Part shown: piece after piece, positions 13,319 through 25,481 of the stretch
Layout: every line of letters starts with the position of its first letter
How positions within the stretch are numbered: position 1 is the stretch's first letter
Origin: Octopus vulgaris
Taxonomy: Eukaryota
Reading direction: 5' to 3'
DNA length: 64,000 bases
NCBI GenBank assembly: GCA_951406725.2
Contig: OX597832.1
Location: 2,666,001 to 2,730,000 of the forward strand
Position numbers and translations under genes: made by a program
The notes under the pieces: generated by a model
The model's database searches: none
Seen by the model: the letters and a program-made list of their open reading frames with translations, nothing else
What the model was told of the DNA's origin: nothing

Positions 13319-14629
13319 TCTCTCTATATATAAAAGGCAGTTTGTCTGTCTGTGTGTCTGTCAGGTTGTACCCTCACCCTGACCTCGGCTTTCAACCAGT
13401 TCTGATGAAACTTGACACACACATAGCTCAATGTCATAATTCAAAACTAACGCAGCGAAAATTTTGAAAAGTTCACCCAGTTCTGAAAAAATCGATAAAT
13501 TCGACATGGGGTCGAGAATCTAAGCTTATCATATGCAACACATTTTCCGTTGTAGTTTTCGCAACTTGCAATCGATTTTCACCAAACTCATGGTGAAGCT
13601 TAATGTTACCCTAAGGAACTTAATTCTGACGTTAGTTTTCCATGCAATACCTTACCATCAGAAAAAAATCCATAAAATCATGCCATTTTGGGAAATCATA
13701 TTCAAATTCAAGATGACATATTTTCAACAATATCTTTAACAAATTGGCAGGAATTTTTTTTTTAATTCACAGCGAGCATCATGTCTGCTCCAATGAGCTA
13801 TATGGCCCTTTTGATTCCAATAGGATACGTTATTACTGGAAAAAATCGATTAATTACATCATATGTGGCACACATAGCAAACCGATTTTTCTGCGATAAT
13901 TTTTGAAAGTTCACATATATTTTCCTTACACCGATGTTGGACATCAAGTTTGCATTAAATGTAAAACTAACGACCTTTTGTCAATGCAGTTAACAAGTAT
14001 TGGGAGAAATCGACAAAACCATATCACTTTGAGACCGACCATGCGAACCCTACAAAACTGACTTTTGTTAAATAGTTCATGGATTTCAGGCGATTTAGTC
14101 GAGTTTTTGCCGCTTCAGCTAAGAACGTTGTATACACAGAAGTATTGGAGTGAAGTGAAGATGTTGCAACCTACACATGTGCCTTCGTTCCCTAGAGGGA
14201 AAGGACTAGATCGGGATTAGTCGTTGCCTTCTAGAGGCTCCCGAGCCCCCTTTCGCTAGACTTAAGTTAGGATTAGGTAGGGCTTAGCTGTGGTCCGAAC
14301 CCAACTTGGGTTCGGGGAGAGGGGCGGTGTCAAAAGGGCCGGCATGTGCAACCTTATCACCTCTGCCTGTCAAACTCCCAACCCATGCGTTCCCGTCATG
14401 ACACTGATCCCACAGAACTGGGTTGGGTGTGCTAAACAAAACCAGAAAATGCACTTTGACTGTCATAGATTTTCTTCATGCATGCAAGGGAACGGTGCCT
14501 TGAATGCCTTTTAGGCTTCATTTTACAAAATAACGGTTCAATGAGTACAAAAAAGGGTAAAAAGGTAAAGGGCATTGCTTATCGACAAAGTTTCTTACAT
14601 ACCCGGGCAACGTCGGGCTATGCTGCTAG
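13319..14629 (+). mobile_element. Non-autonomous Helitron
   Basis: 5' TCTCTCTATATATAAAA; 3' hairpin CCCGGGCAACGTCGGG then CTAG; inserted between A and T, no TSD. Confidence 0.88.
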
Positions 14630-14774
14630 TGGGGAAATATAATGTGGCTTGGAAACAGGGGAGGGTTGCAATAGGAAGAGCATCCCGGCATAGAAAAACT
14701 GCCTCAACAAATTCCATCTAACCCAAGCAAGCATGATCTCTCACTCACTCTCTTTCTCTCTTACACACACACAC

Positions 14775-16030
14775 AGAGGCATCCCTTGTGTGACAACTAC
14801 GTCAGGTAACAGGGTTTTGCACTTCTGGAAGAAATTCAATATAATGGATGCTTGTGGATAAAAGGATCATGGAATGAAGTGCAACTCTCAAATTTGGTGC
14901 TTGGAAAAGTATACAACCAGGCAGTATCCATGACTTTATACATAAAATTTGGAAAAATATTGGGATACTTGCAAATAATGAAGGATTTGAAGAAATCACA
15001 GAGAATGATGTGGTTGAGTTGCTAGTATCCCATAGAGAAAGTATATCTAACAAGTGGAGGAGGTGGGATGAGGTGATGAAATATGATCTTCGGTTGTCAA
15101 GGCTCATGGAGACAATGACAAGTGCCCAAGACTTCTGGTGATTTGCTGTGTTAGAAGAGAAGAGATGTCAAACTAAGTGAAATTATGGTTGTGGCCAGTG
15201 CTGATGACAGGTAAAAAAAACACTCTGTACACTCGTGGTTGGCATTAGGAAGGGCATCCAGCTGCAGAAACCGTACCAAAACAAAGGAGCCTGGTGCAGC
15301 TCTCCAGTTTACCAGCTCCGGTCAAACCATCTAACCCATGCCAACATGGAAAATTAACATTAAATGATGATGATGACAGTGATGAACTTGTGCTGCTAGA
15401 ATAAGAGCCCGATGAGAATACAGAAATTCTACCAACTTCATTTAAAATGGCTCTTTACTCTTTTACTTGTTTCAGTCATTTGACTGTGGCCATGCTTGAG
15501 CACTGCCTTTAGTCGAGCAAATTGACCCCAGGACTTATTCTTTGTAAGCCTAGTACTTATTCTATCAGTCGCTTTTACTGAACTGCTAAGTTACGGGGAC
15601 ATAAACACACCAGCATTGGTTGTCAAGCGATGTTGGGGAGACAAACACAGACACAGAAACATATACATATATACGATGAGCTTCTTTCAGTTTCTATCTA
15701 CCAAATCCACTGACATGGCTTTGGTCGGCCCAAGGCTATAGTAGAAGACACTTGCCCAAGGTGCCACGCAGTGGGACTGAACCCGGAACCATGTGGTTGG
15801 TAAGCAAGCTACTTACCACACAGCCACTCCTGTGCCTACAAAACTAATGGGCTCGTCTAATGCAAACAATACTGCTAAAGGATTGGCACTTATTGATGAA
15901 GGACTGCAAGTCTTTGCTGGTAGCAATTCTGATTGTGAATGTAACATAAAAAATAACAAGAGGAGTTTACAATGAGCCCAGTTCCTACACTGAACAGTGT
16001 AAAGAGGTAGAGTGATGTAAATATCAAACA
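14775..16030 (+). mobile_element. Tigger/pogo transposase relic split by an RTE tail and a SINE
   Basis: FWKKFNIMDA, EGFEEITENDVVELLVSH, DELVLLE, GLALIDEGLQVF fragments in colinear order. Confidence 0.75.
15452..15836 (-). repeat. tRNA-derived CORE-like SINE; other copies about 3672-4052(+), 4805-5055(+), 10030-10405(+), 58760-59130(+), 2995-3100(-), 49283-49520(-), 53105-53225(-)
   Basis: A/B boxes TGGCTGTGTGG / GGTTCAGTCCC; CORE-like GGCACCTTGGGCAAGTG; internal TA/TG microsatellite; tail CCAGCATGGCC.CAGTC. Confidence 0.85.
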
Positions 16031-17750
16031 TCTTTGGATAAGTTCTTTACCCATCATGGAGATATTGATGATGACAGAAGACAGTGTTCTTCATCATCTC
16101 AGTAACTTATTTCATCAACCTCATCTCTCACACTGTGATCAGCATCTTTTGTGACAAGAATATAAACTTTTACAACATTACAATTCTTTAAGGTGGCAGG
16201 CTAGCAGAATCGTTAGCATGCCAGACATAATGCTTAGGGGCATTTCATCCGTCTTTATGTTTTGAGTTGAAATTCTGCCAAGGTCTACTTTGCTTTCATC
16301 CTTTTGAGATCAATAAAAAGTACCAGTCAATGTAATTGATCCACCCCTCCTCCAAAATTGCTGGTCTTGTGCTAAAATTTGAAACCAATATTACAATTTT
16401 TATTTTTCCCCTTATGTATTTCTCTTTAAATACTTTTCTGTAGACATATTGTATTACACATGTTTACAAATTGCTAGTTTTATGCATAAAAGTGGTTATG
16501 TTGCTTTTTGTTGTTTTTAAAAAGAGCTACAGGATCAGTTATTACACACCTCTGCCTTACTCCATTTTAACATCTTACATATCTATCTTTCTCTGCCATC
16601 CTCATGTACCCTACATCTCCTTTACATTCATATCATTTCCCAACCTCCTGATCTATCCTTCCCGTCTTACACCTTATATATCTCCATATTTTCCATCAAC
16701 TGCAACATCTTCAAGAATGAATTACTTTTGTAATGCTAGGAGTTCCTGTTTTATATAAATGTATCTGCATTTATTATTATCATCATTGTTTTAATGTCTG
16801 CTTTTCCATGCTTGCAAGAGGCAGTTTGAGTTTATTGTGACAGATTTTCTATTGTTGGATGCCCTTCCTGTCACCAACCCTCACTTGTTTCCAAGTAAGG
16901 TAATATTTCCCCATGACCAGAGATGTTCTTGCAGAATATTGGAAATGAACGATACTGCTTGTATGACATCATCACCATCATTTAATGTCCATTTTTTATG
17001 CTGGCATGTGTCTGGCAGGTTGACAGGATCCACAAAGCTGCAGGGTTGTTCCAAGTTCCAGTGTCATCTTTGGCATGGCTTCTATAACTGAATGCCAACC
17101 ACTTTATACTGTATACTGGATGCTATTGGTACTAGTGAAGTTGCTGAGTAACTAGCAAAACAGAGAAAGGACAGGGAAAAAGGAAAAAAAACTTCCACTC
17201 CCAAAAGGGTCAAGCACAGATGTCTTACTATAGATTATGAGTCCAACACCCTAAAAACTAAGCCACATGCCTAGAGCAGTGGATTGGCAGAATTGTTTGG
17301 ACATTGGACAGTATACCTTGTAGTATCTGTTCTGTTCTAGGTTTTAATCTTACCCTGTCACCAAAAGAATAGTAATATCAAGAGTTGCAACTCATAAATA
17401 TCAATATTACGAAACACAAATGGAAACATATTTTCCTTGGTTTGACTGGAAGATTGACCACCATCACTTTTCCTATTGCTAACTCCTTAACTGTGAAATA
17501 GGAGTGGAATACTCAGAACGGACTTGTGTACTTTGAATTAGGTAGTCATCTGGACGTTGCAGCCAATACAGTGGTTTATGATAGCTTTCTCTGTCATAGA
17601 GTCTCTTCTTCTACTTGAATGTCATCACTTAATTACTCTAATTGTTGAAAAATATGAAAGAATTGACAATTCACAAAACTATCTCATTTCTTAACTAAGC
17701 ACTTCACCTTCTTATAATAACTAAACAGTACCATAATTGAAATTACTTAC

Positions 17751-17824
17751 TTCCCCATCTTCATCCTCAGATGAAGAAGACTCCGAGGAGAAATCATTAT
17801 CAGATCGCATATCCTGTTCTTTCA
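17751..17824 (-). CDS. KRI1: KRI1 homolog exon 2 (VKEQDMRSDNDFSSESSSSEDEDGE)
   Basis: TTTCAG acceptor, GTAAGT donor, 74 nt, phase 1 to 0; Ser/acidic tract that precedes the conserved KRI1 motif. Confidence 0.88.
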
Positions 17825-20571
17825 CTGAAAGAAAAATAAAAGGAATATTAAAATAAAGTTCCTAAAAGGACAGAATATCAAAGATTGCTTTTAAAATTAT
17901 ACTGATATTACAATAAAAGTGAGAAATATTACAAAAGGAAGATATTTAACTTTCAGCACAACTCAATAAACAAAAAGGGTAAATTATGAAGTTGACCCTG
18001 ATAACTGATGGAATGAATATTAGTATTTTTCAGTATGTTATTGATAGTAAACGTGATTTATTTGAGGTAAATAATTGTCTGAGATCCACATGTAATAAGT
18101 AACTATAGGGAATTCTACAGTTCACTGATGATATCCAGCATAACATGACTAGTTATATTAAAAAAAATTTTTCAATGTGTGCTATTTAACATGGTAAGTT
18201 CAGAAATTGGTTTAGGGCGCTTGTAAGAGCAAGAATTAAGAATGAACACTGGAAATGTTGTCAGGTGGCAGATAGCAGCAACAGTTAAATAAGTTTAAAA
18301 TCTAGAAAAAAATTATACAGTCTAATAAAGCAGAGTTAGAATTGGCTGAAGAAATTAATAGTAATAGCAACCAGAGAAATGGTAGATCAGTCAAACCAAT
18401 GGTGAACGATATTAAAAATTTTGGCATAATGTGGTGCCCCAGCATGGCCACAGCTCATGAGCTGAAACTAGAATCAATCAATCAATCAATGCTAGCAATT
18501 TTAAAGGAAGTTGGGTAAATCATTTATATTGATCCCCAGTGCTCTACTGGTGATTCTTTTATTGACCCTGAAAGGATGACAAGCCAAGATAACTTCAATT
18601 TGAACTCAGAATATAAAGAGTCAAAAGAAATTCCACTAAGCATTTTGTGTAGCACACTAACAATTCTGCTTTAATGGTGAACAATATTACCATGAAAACA
18701 AGGTGAGCTGGCAGAATCGTTAGCACACTGGGCAAAATACTTAGTGGCATTTCATCTGCTTTTATGTTCTGAGTTCAAATTCTGCCAAGGTCGACTTTGC
18801 CTTTCATCCTTTCAGGTTCAATAAGTACCAGTTGCACACTGGGGTTGATGTAATTGACCCACCCCTCCCACTAAATTGCTGGCTTTGTGCCAAAATTTGG
18901 AATCAATATCATCATGAAAACATTGTCAATGATGAAGTATTCAAATATATACTTTACACATGAGAAAAATGTGTTTGCTTCAAAAACCTGTGGTAGTGGT
19001 GGTGTGGAGGTCGTATTGTAGAAGAGCACTTAATTTGTAATTTCACTGATTAATATTTGACAATCTACATGAATCATCATCATCATCATTTAACGTCCGC
19101 TTTCCATGCTAGCATGGTGACAGCTATTGACAGATGGCAATAATGGTAGTGATTTGAGGCAGGTGACTTATGGCATATATAGTTACACAGTCATGAATCC
19201 AAATAAAATATGAACCTGTTATATTTAGACTGAGCTCAATTTAAAATGTTTCTCTGTTATATCCAGGCTTTTTGTTTTGTTATTGGAACAACTGTTTTAA
19301 CAGATGCTAGTTTTTCTTATTGCTAATAACTCTTGTCGTAAAGTAGTATTGGAAACTGCTCTTATCAGTTAAAAAAGCAGGGGCAAGCAGATGGTCAGCT
19401 ATTCCATATTACTTTTGCAGGCTTTCTCAGGTTGGACAGACTGATGCAGTTCATTTGTTTGATTTTTGTTGAAAAATAGAGGTGGTGATTCCGGAGGACT
19501 AAAATTCTGAGAAGAATGGACAGGGCAAGGAGTTGAGAGAGAGAGAGAGAGAGAGAGAGGAGAGGAGAGAGAGAGAGAGAGAGAGAGAGAATGTGAATCT
19601 GGATGGATAAGGTATGAAGCTAGTTGGTTCAAAGAAAAAGTCAGTTTAGAACAAGGAAGAAACCAGAAAGTGTCTCTCAGCTAGCAAAGCCTCGGTGAAT
19701 AAATCTTTACTAATCAGTTGACTGGCTTTCTTTTAGCTGGCTATAACAGGTATTTGTGTAGTAATAACAACACTATCCTGAATATGATAGCAGAAGTATT
19801 ACTAGATCCTAAAGAGGAATCTTAGTCATTGTGACACAGCATTCATGGTAACTTTAATGGTCTTAGTTGAGTATTATTTATGACTGGAGAGGGTGAGGTA
19901 CAAAACTATTGAAGAGTGTAGGAGATATCACTGAAGTTTGGGTGTATGAGATAATGAAATGAGGGAGGCCCTGAAGTGAGGTTGGACTACTCACAACTAA
20001 ATTGTTGTATGTTGATATCTCCACTGCCTATTTGAGTTTGAATCCTGAAACTTCCCCAATTCTTATGTTCTTGACTCAAGCATTACTGCTTTCAATAGTT
20101 GTTGTTTAGCCCCGGTTGAGTTGATCTGTCATCAAATGTTCTAACCATGACCATCCCATCCTTTTTAGATTTAGATATAGTGTGTCCTTATGGTAGTGTA
20201 GGTGATTTGAGGGAGATTGGTTGCTATTTCTTATAGACTAAGAAAATGCAAAGACGCTCCTTCATTGACCGGAAGTAAAAACAAAGTAGAATCGTCCTGT
20301 GTTCAGACAAATGTTGTCATTATTGTTGAACTCCAAGTCAGTTCTGATGAAGGAAACCTATGATCAAAAGAGGACCTGGTACGACCATCAAGCATTTTTT
20401 AAGGCATACTTCATAATACAATATTCTTTTTTAAAGATGGTTGTGTATGTGAATTGAAACCAAAAGTAAATAAATAAATAAAAATTCACAGAAACTAACG
20501 AATGAAATTTACAGTTCTAAGACCAAAAGCGATAAATTGCCTTTTTTTTTTTAAATTTCAAATTTAAATGT

Positions 20572-20665
20572 GGCGTTGTTAAAGAATACGCACACCACCC
20601 GTTTTCTGTGTAACAAAAGCCCTAACCCTAAAGACCTAGTGTGCGTATTATTCTTTACCTTCGCC
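20572..20665. mobile_element. 94-bp MITE with perfect 8-bp TSD TTAAATGT
   Basis: Imperfect TIR GGCG..G.TAAAGAATA(ATA)CGCACAC; internal CCCTAACCCTAA. Confidence 0.8.
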
Positions 20666-21231
20666 TTAAATGTTTCAAACATCAGTATTATGTAATCTAC
20701 ACTCTCGAAAATATGCACTTTAAAGAGAGTTATGAGGAAACAAAGTCCAGAGGCGCTGAGAATGATTCGAAATATGGTTAATGTTTACTTTCAGAAAATT
20801 AAGTTGTAACAAAAAATAGAGTGGGAGAAGTCCTTTTTGGGTGTTCCATTCATATACTTGTATCAGCCAAACGTAAACACATATAGGAGACAGTCTTCTC
20901 GAATATGGCTTCCTAAATCAAGAGAAAACTAGGGTGCTTCATTTGAGGTTATATACTTGATGTATGTTTGCTTAACCGATAAAATGGAAGGATTTTAAGA
21001 TGATAATTAACATTTTAGTACTGAAGTTTTAATTATTATTCGTCTAGCGCTGTGTTGATATTAATTACAACCTATATTTAAATTTGACTTGATGAATGTA
21101 TGATAATAATTAGATCAATAGGCATATTAACATGAACGATGAATTAAATACATTTCAGCCAACACGAACTCAAATTAACAGAGATATTAGCGACTACAAT
21201 CACTAAATCATTACAAAATATCAAAGTTAAC

Positions 21232-21700
21232 CACGTGTCACCAAATGAAGGATAGAGTAAAAACAGTAAATATATACATATACATAAAGAAAATAACTGG
21301 ATTCCGATTAGGGGTTAAAAGTTCTGCATAGTTTTAAACCCATATGTAAGTGTCTATCTACTTGGGTATTAGCAACGATAACATGATTAAAGTCCCTACT
21401 TACCAACAACTACGTTATCACAATCAGTTGCCATCTTTGTTTACAGATTTACATTGGGTTTATTGATTATCTCCCTTCCTTTGTAATTCTCTGAAATACA
21501 AGACATTAAGCAGTAAAGCAAGAAGAGGATCTTTGAGTTTAGCGTACCACTTTCACTTTATATCAAACTTTTGCTACTTTTAGTTTGTGTGGAGGTCACG
21601 GAAAAGTTTTTTTGCGCGTTACTTGCAGCCAACTTATTTGTAACTGAGGATATTTTTGGTGCAATTTATTGTTTTAGCTGTCCATTTTTGTATTCGTGTT
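21232..21700 (-). promoter_or_regulatory. Probable KRI1 promoter / 5' region including an intronic E-box (AACCACGTG)
   Basis: Local CpG enrichment around exon 1; CACGTG at 21232-21237. Confidence 0.45.
21404..21434 (-). CDS. KRI1: KRI1 homolog, putative coding exon 1 (MATDCDNVVV, phase 1)
   Basis: ATG in AAACAAAGATGGC context within a CpG-richer region; G|GTAAGT donor at 21403; phase joins exon 2 in frame. Confidence 0.7.
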
Positions 21701-21754
21701 GCTGTCCATTTTGGTATATCTGTGCATTTTTTGTGTTGTGGTAGTTCAATTTTT

Positions 21755-22520
21755 GGATCTTTTCCTTTTGAACGGCATATGTCAATACAATTTCTAGTTA
21801 ACTAAACACTTTTAAACTTCGTATACTGGTAGAATGTGTTTATAAAACATCGTTTTTTTCTTGGCTTTATCGAGAAAATTCTATAGTTTGTTAGATATTT
21901 CCACTTTAAAATCGAGCATTTCGGCAATTTTAACCGATCGCTGGAGTCCATTTGGGGTGAAAACATTCCGTGCTGTATGAATATGTCCCTCGTTTAAGAA
22001 ACAGAATGGGTTTATTTACATTTGCGAAGAAAAAAAGATACCCTTCCCCCACACCTAACCCTAACCCTAAAACAGATTGAAATGCAATAGATCGATACTA
22101 GAGTTATAATTATGGGTGACATTTTCATTTGACACCGCTAGAAAAAAATCCATTTTCCGTAGCAGTGTCGTATGAAATTGTCACCCATAATTATAACCCT
22201 AGTATCGATCTATTGCATTTCAATCTGTTTTAGGGTTAGGGGTGGGGGAAGGGTATCTTTTTTTCTTCGCAAATGTAAATAAACCCAATCTGTTTCTTAA
22301 ACGAGGGACATATTCATACAGCACGGAATGTTTTCACCCCAAATGGGCTCCAGCGATTGGTTAAAATTGCCGAAATGCTCGATTTTAAAGTGGAAATATC
22401 TTACAAACTATAGAGTTTTCTCAATAAAGCCAAGAAAAAAATGATGTTTTATAAACACATTCTACCAGTATACGAAGTTTAAAAGTGTGTTGAAAACTGC
22501 CGTTCAAAAGGAAAAGATCC
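21755..22520. mobile_element. Foldback/palindromic MITE (GG-terminated, about 8-bp TSD; Merlin- or Mutator-like)
   Basis: GGATCTTTTCCTTTTGAACGGCA at both ends; arms complementary up to a centre near 22148; flanks CAATTTTT / CAATTTTG. Confidence 0.88.
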
Positions 22521-22945
22521 CAATTTTGCTCATTTTTGGGTTATCGTTGATTATTGTTATGATCTTGAATTATTTTATATTACTGTTTAATATGTGATTA
22601 TATCAGATTATTTAGAATTTGGCGATCTTTCGATTTGAGAATAGTTTATATCACTTCTCAAACCACGTGCATATGTCTATGTTTCTGATGGTCGCTTTCC
22701 GAAAAAAAAAAAAAATTTTTACATATGTGCGGAGAGGGGATCTTTTGAAGTCGGCATAAAAGCGAGAGAGAGAGAGAGAGCAATTGGATCAGGGAAGTTA
22801 TCTTTTGAAGTCGGTTGTGAAGGGAAAGAATCGATGAGTGTGTGTTTGATGAGTGTGCGAGACAGAAAGTATGGTGTGTATGTGAAGTTGTTTTGTTAGT
22901 GTGTGTGAAGAGACAGAGAGAGCAATGGTGCTGGTGTGTGCGTAT

Positions 22946-23011
<66 letters not shown>

Positions 23012-23874
23012 TAATTTTTATATTCACTTTTTGTAGTGAGTAAATGTGTGAGTGATTGACAGAGAAAGAGAGGGGTTATGTATGTGTGAATGGCTTCAGT
23101 GACACACACACATATATAGATGCGACCGTCCTTGTTTTCTTTGTATCGTCTATCTGGATGTTTTGTTGTCCCTTTTTGTATCAACTAACTGTCTGGATGT
23201 TTTGTGTTCTTGTCCCATTTTGTATTTTTTATATATAAAACATATAGCGGCGTACGTACACTTTGGTCTCTTATATGTAAATATATATTTATCTAAATCT
23301 TGTACGATTATACTTTCTATTCTTTCCTTCTTTCTTTCAGCCCTTTCACACTTCATTCATTCCACTCTTCGTTCTTTCGTTCCCCCTCTCTCACATTTCC
23401 TTGCCTTCTCTTCATGCTCACTTTCCCTCCTCTTTTCACTTCACTGTGTCCCTGCTTTTTTTTCTCGCCCCTCCTTATTTCTTCTGTCCCTCTGCCTCTA
23501 CCTCTCTCTCTTCTCTCTGCACATGACCGGTGTTCAGCCAAGCCTGACCTATTTTCTTGATTCGGCCACCATCCATGCAACATTTATATTCCTCCCCGTG
23601 CCTGTGAAATCTTGTATCCCTGCCATAAGGCTTTACTTCTACACACGCCAGCTTAATTTAATTTGTCCTTAGTCGAAAGACACCTGTTGTTATGTCCTAT
23701 TAATTGTATTTGTGTAACATTCTCTGTTTTTTTTCCGACCTTGTTTTCGTATACATTCGCTGCTTTCTTCCAAGGAATCTAATGCTCTTAGCTTAGTTTT
23801 TCCTTGGGGCTGGCCAAATTGGAGCAATCTAGAGTATAACCAACCGAAATTGCAAAGATAATCTGGAACTCGAC

Positions 23875-24720
23875 TGGGGAGATGTTGAGATGACAGGGAT
23901 GCCTGGAGAAGATCAACTGCTGAGAACTGGTCAGGAGCAGGTGTCCACTGGGATGGTCGGCTGCCCAGGTCAGTGAAGCAATCCTCCTCGTTAGATGTGG
24001 GTGGAGTGTCGCGGAAAAGTGCACACAACCTAACATGGCGCACAAAGCTGTGGATATCAGCATGAGTCTGAAATTCATTACAGGATGGAGTGAGGGGGAT
24101 GAAATGCACGATGGAGCACTCCGCCTCAGAGAGGGGAAGATCTGGGGGAATGGTAACAACTGACTGAAGTGGAGAGGGGTGGATGGAATAGAAGTAGGAG
24201 GGGTGGATAGGATGGAGGTAGGAGGGGTGGTGGAAGGCTGGGAGGGAGTGGGGATGTATGAGGGGGGTTAGAGGGACAGAGGGTTGGGTGTAGGTGGGGA
24301 GAGCATATCAGGGAGGGAGAAGGGTAGTGGCATCGGGTGTGATGAAATGGAGGAGTGAGTGGAGTTTACAAACTTTGGTGTTGTCAAGAAATTGATGAAA
24401 GAGATGATTTAAATGAATTATATAACGCAAAGTGTTTTGAGCATGGAAGGGCGACAGAGAGGAGAAAAAGATGGAAAAAGCCGGAGAGAGAAGGCGGTCG
24501 ATGATATGTATTTTTGAGAGATTGGAGCGAATAGTGGCACGCATAAGGTGGTAGGATGTGGTACGGAGTATGGGTAGGATGGATGAAGCAGAGTGGAGAG
24601 TGGGGTGGAAATGGAGGCAGAAACCTTTAGGGATGAGGCAGTGATGTAAGCAGCGACTGAGGAATGATACGTGGCTAGGGAAGCAAGTTTTTTTGAAAAT
24701 GAATAAAGGATGGTACATCC
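23875..24720 (-). mobile_element. Inverted N-terminal part of a Penelope-like ORF
   Basis: HVSFLSRCLHHCLIPKGF, HFIPLTP..NEFQ...DIHSFVRHVRL.ALF, SQWTP motifs typical of the PLE region upstream of RT. Confidence 0.8.
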
Positions 24721-25256
24721 ATGTATACATGTATGCATGTATGTATATATGTATATGTAGATCTTGTATGTATGTATTTATATATCATTCAACCATGGTA
24801 GTGGTTGGTTGAATATATTCTTAAGTCCACCATTTCGTCAGTCGCAGCAACTTCCAAGCTTCACCAATTATATAGTTCTCGGCTAAATTGCAAATTGTTA
24901 ATAGTTTTAAAGACACCTCCGTAGCTACACTTTGGCATAAATAGTTTGAGATTTAGTTCAGTAGAAAAAAACATTACATCAAAATATCTGCAACCTCAAG
25001 GGGGAGGGGGGAGTAAGGCAGATATTCATCTTCAATTAACATAGATTTTTAAAATTTTAAATTAAAAGTATACCTTTCTTAGGCTTAAATGATAGAAAAA
25101 TGCATGAGGAATTCAGAATCGCTAGTCACATTGAACAAAAATTTAGTAGAAAAAGAGTTATGAAGTAAAATGTTACGAAATTTCATGTCACTAAGGGAGT
25201 AATGCTTCAGCAATGAGAATAAAAAATACATTTCTAAAATGAATGTTCACTTTCTA

Positions 25257-25480
25257 AGGCAGCGAGCTGGCAGAAACGTTAGCATGCTGGAGGAAATGCT
25301 TAGCGGTATTTCGTCTGTCTTTACATTCTGAGACCAAATTCTGCCAAGGTCGATTTTGCCTTTCATACTTTTGGGGTCGATAAATTAAGTACCAGTTACA
25401 CACTGAGATCAATGTAATCGACTTAATCCTTGTTTATCCCCTCTATGTTTAGCCCCTTGTCGGCAGTAAAGAAATAAGAA
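25257..25480 (+). repeat. tRNA-derived SINE with Meta/MESC-like domain; many copies (8013-10922 cluster, 16190-16390, 18490-18910, 53925-54320, 57332-57500)
   Basis: GGCAGCGAGCTGGCAGAA head; GCCTTTCATCCTTT.GGGGTCGATAAA..AGTACC central domain. Confidence 0.8.
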
Positions 25481-25481
25481 A

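Noticed and set aside
20343-20366. CTGATGA-AG-GAAAC hammerhead-like string
   Set aside because: No stem II; part of a dispersed repeat also seen near 20100 and 47300.
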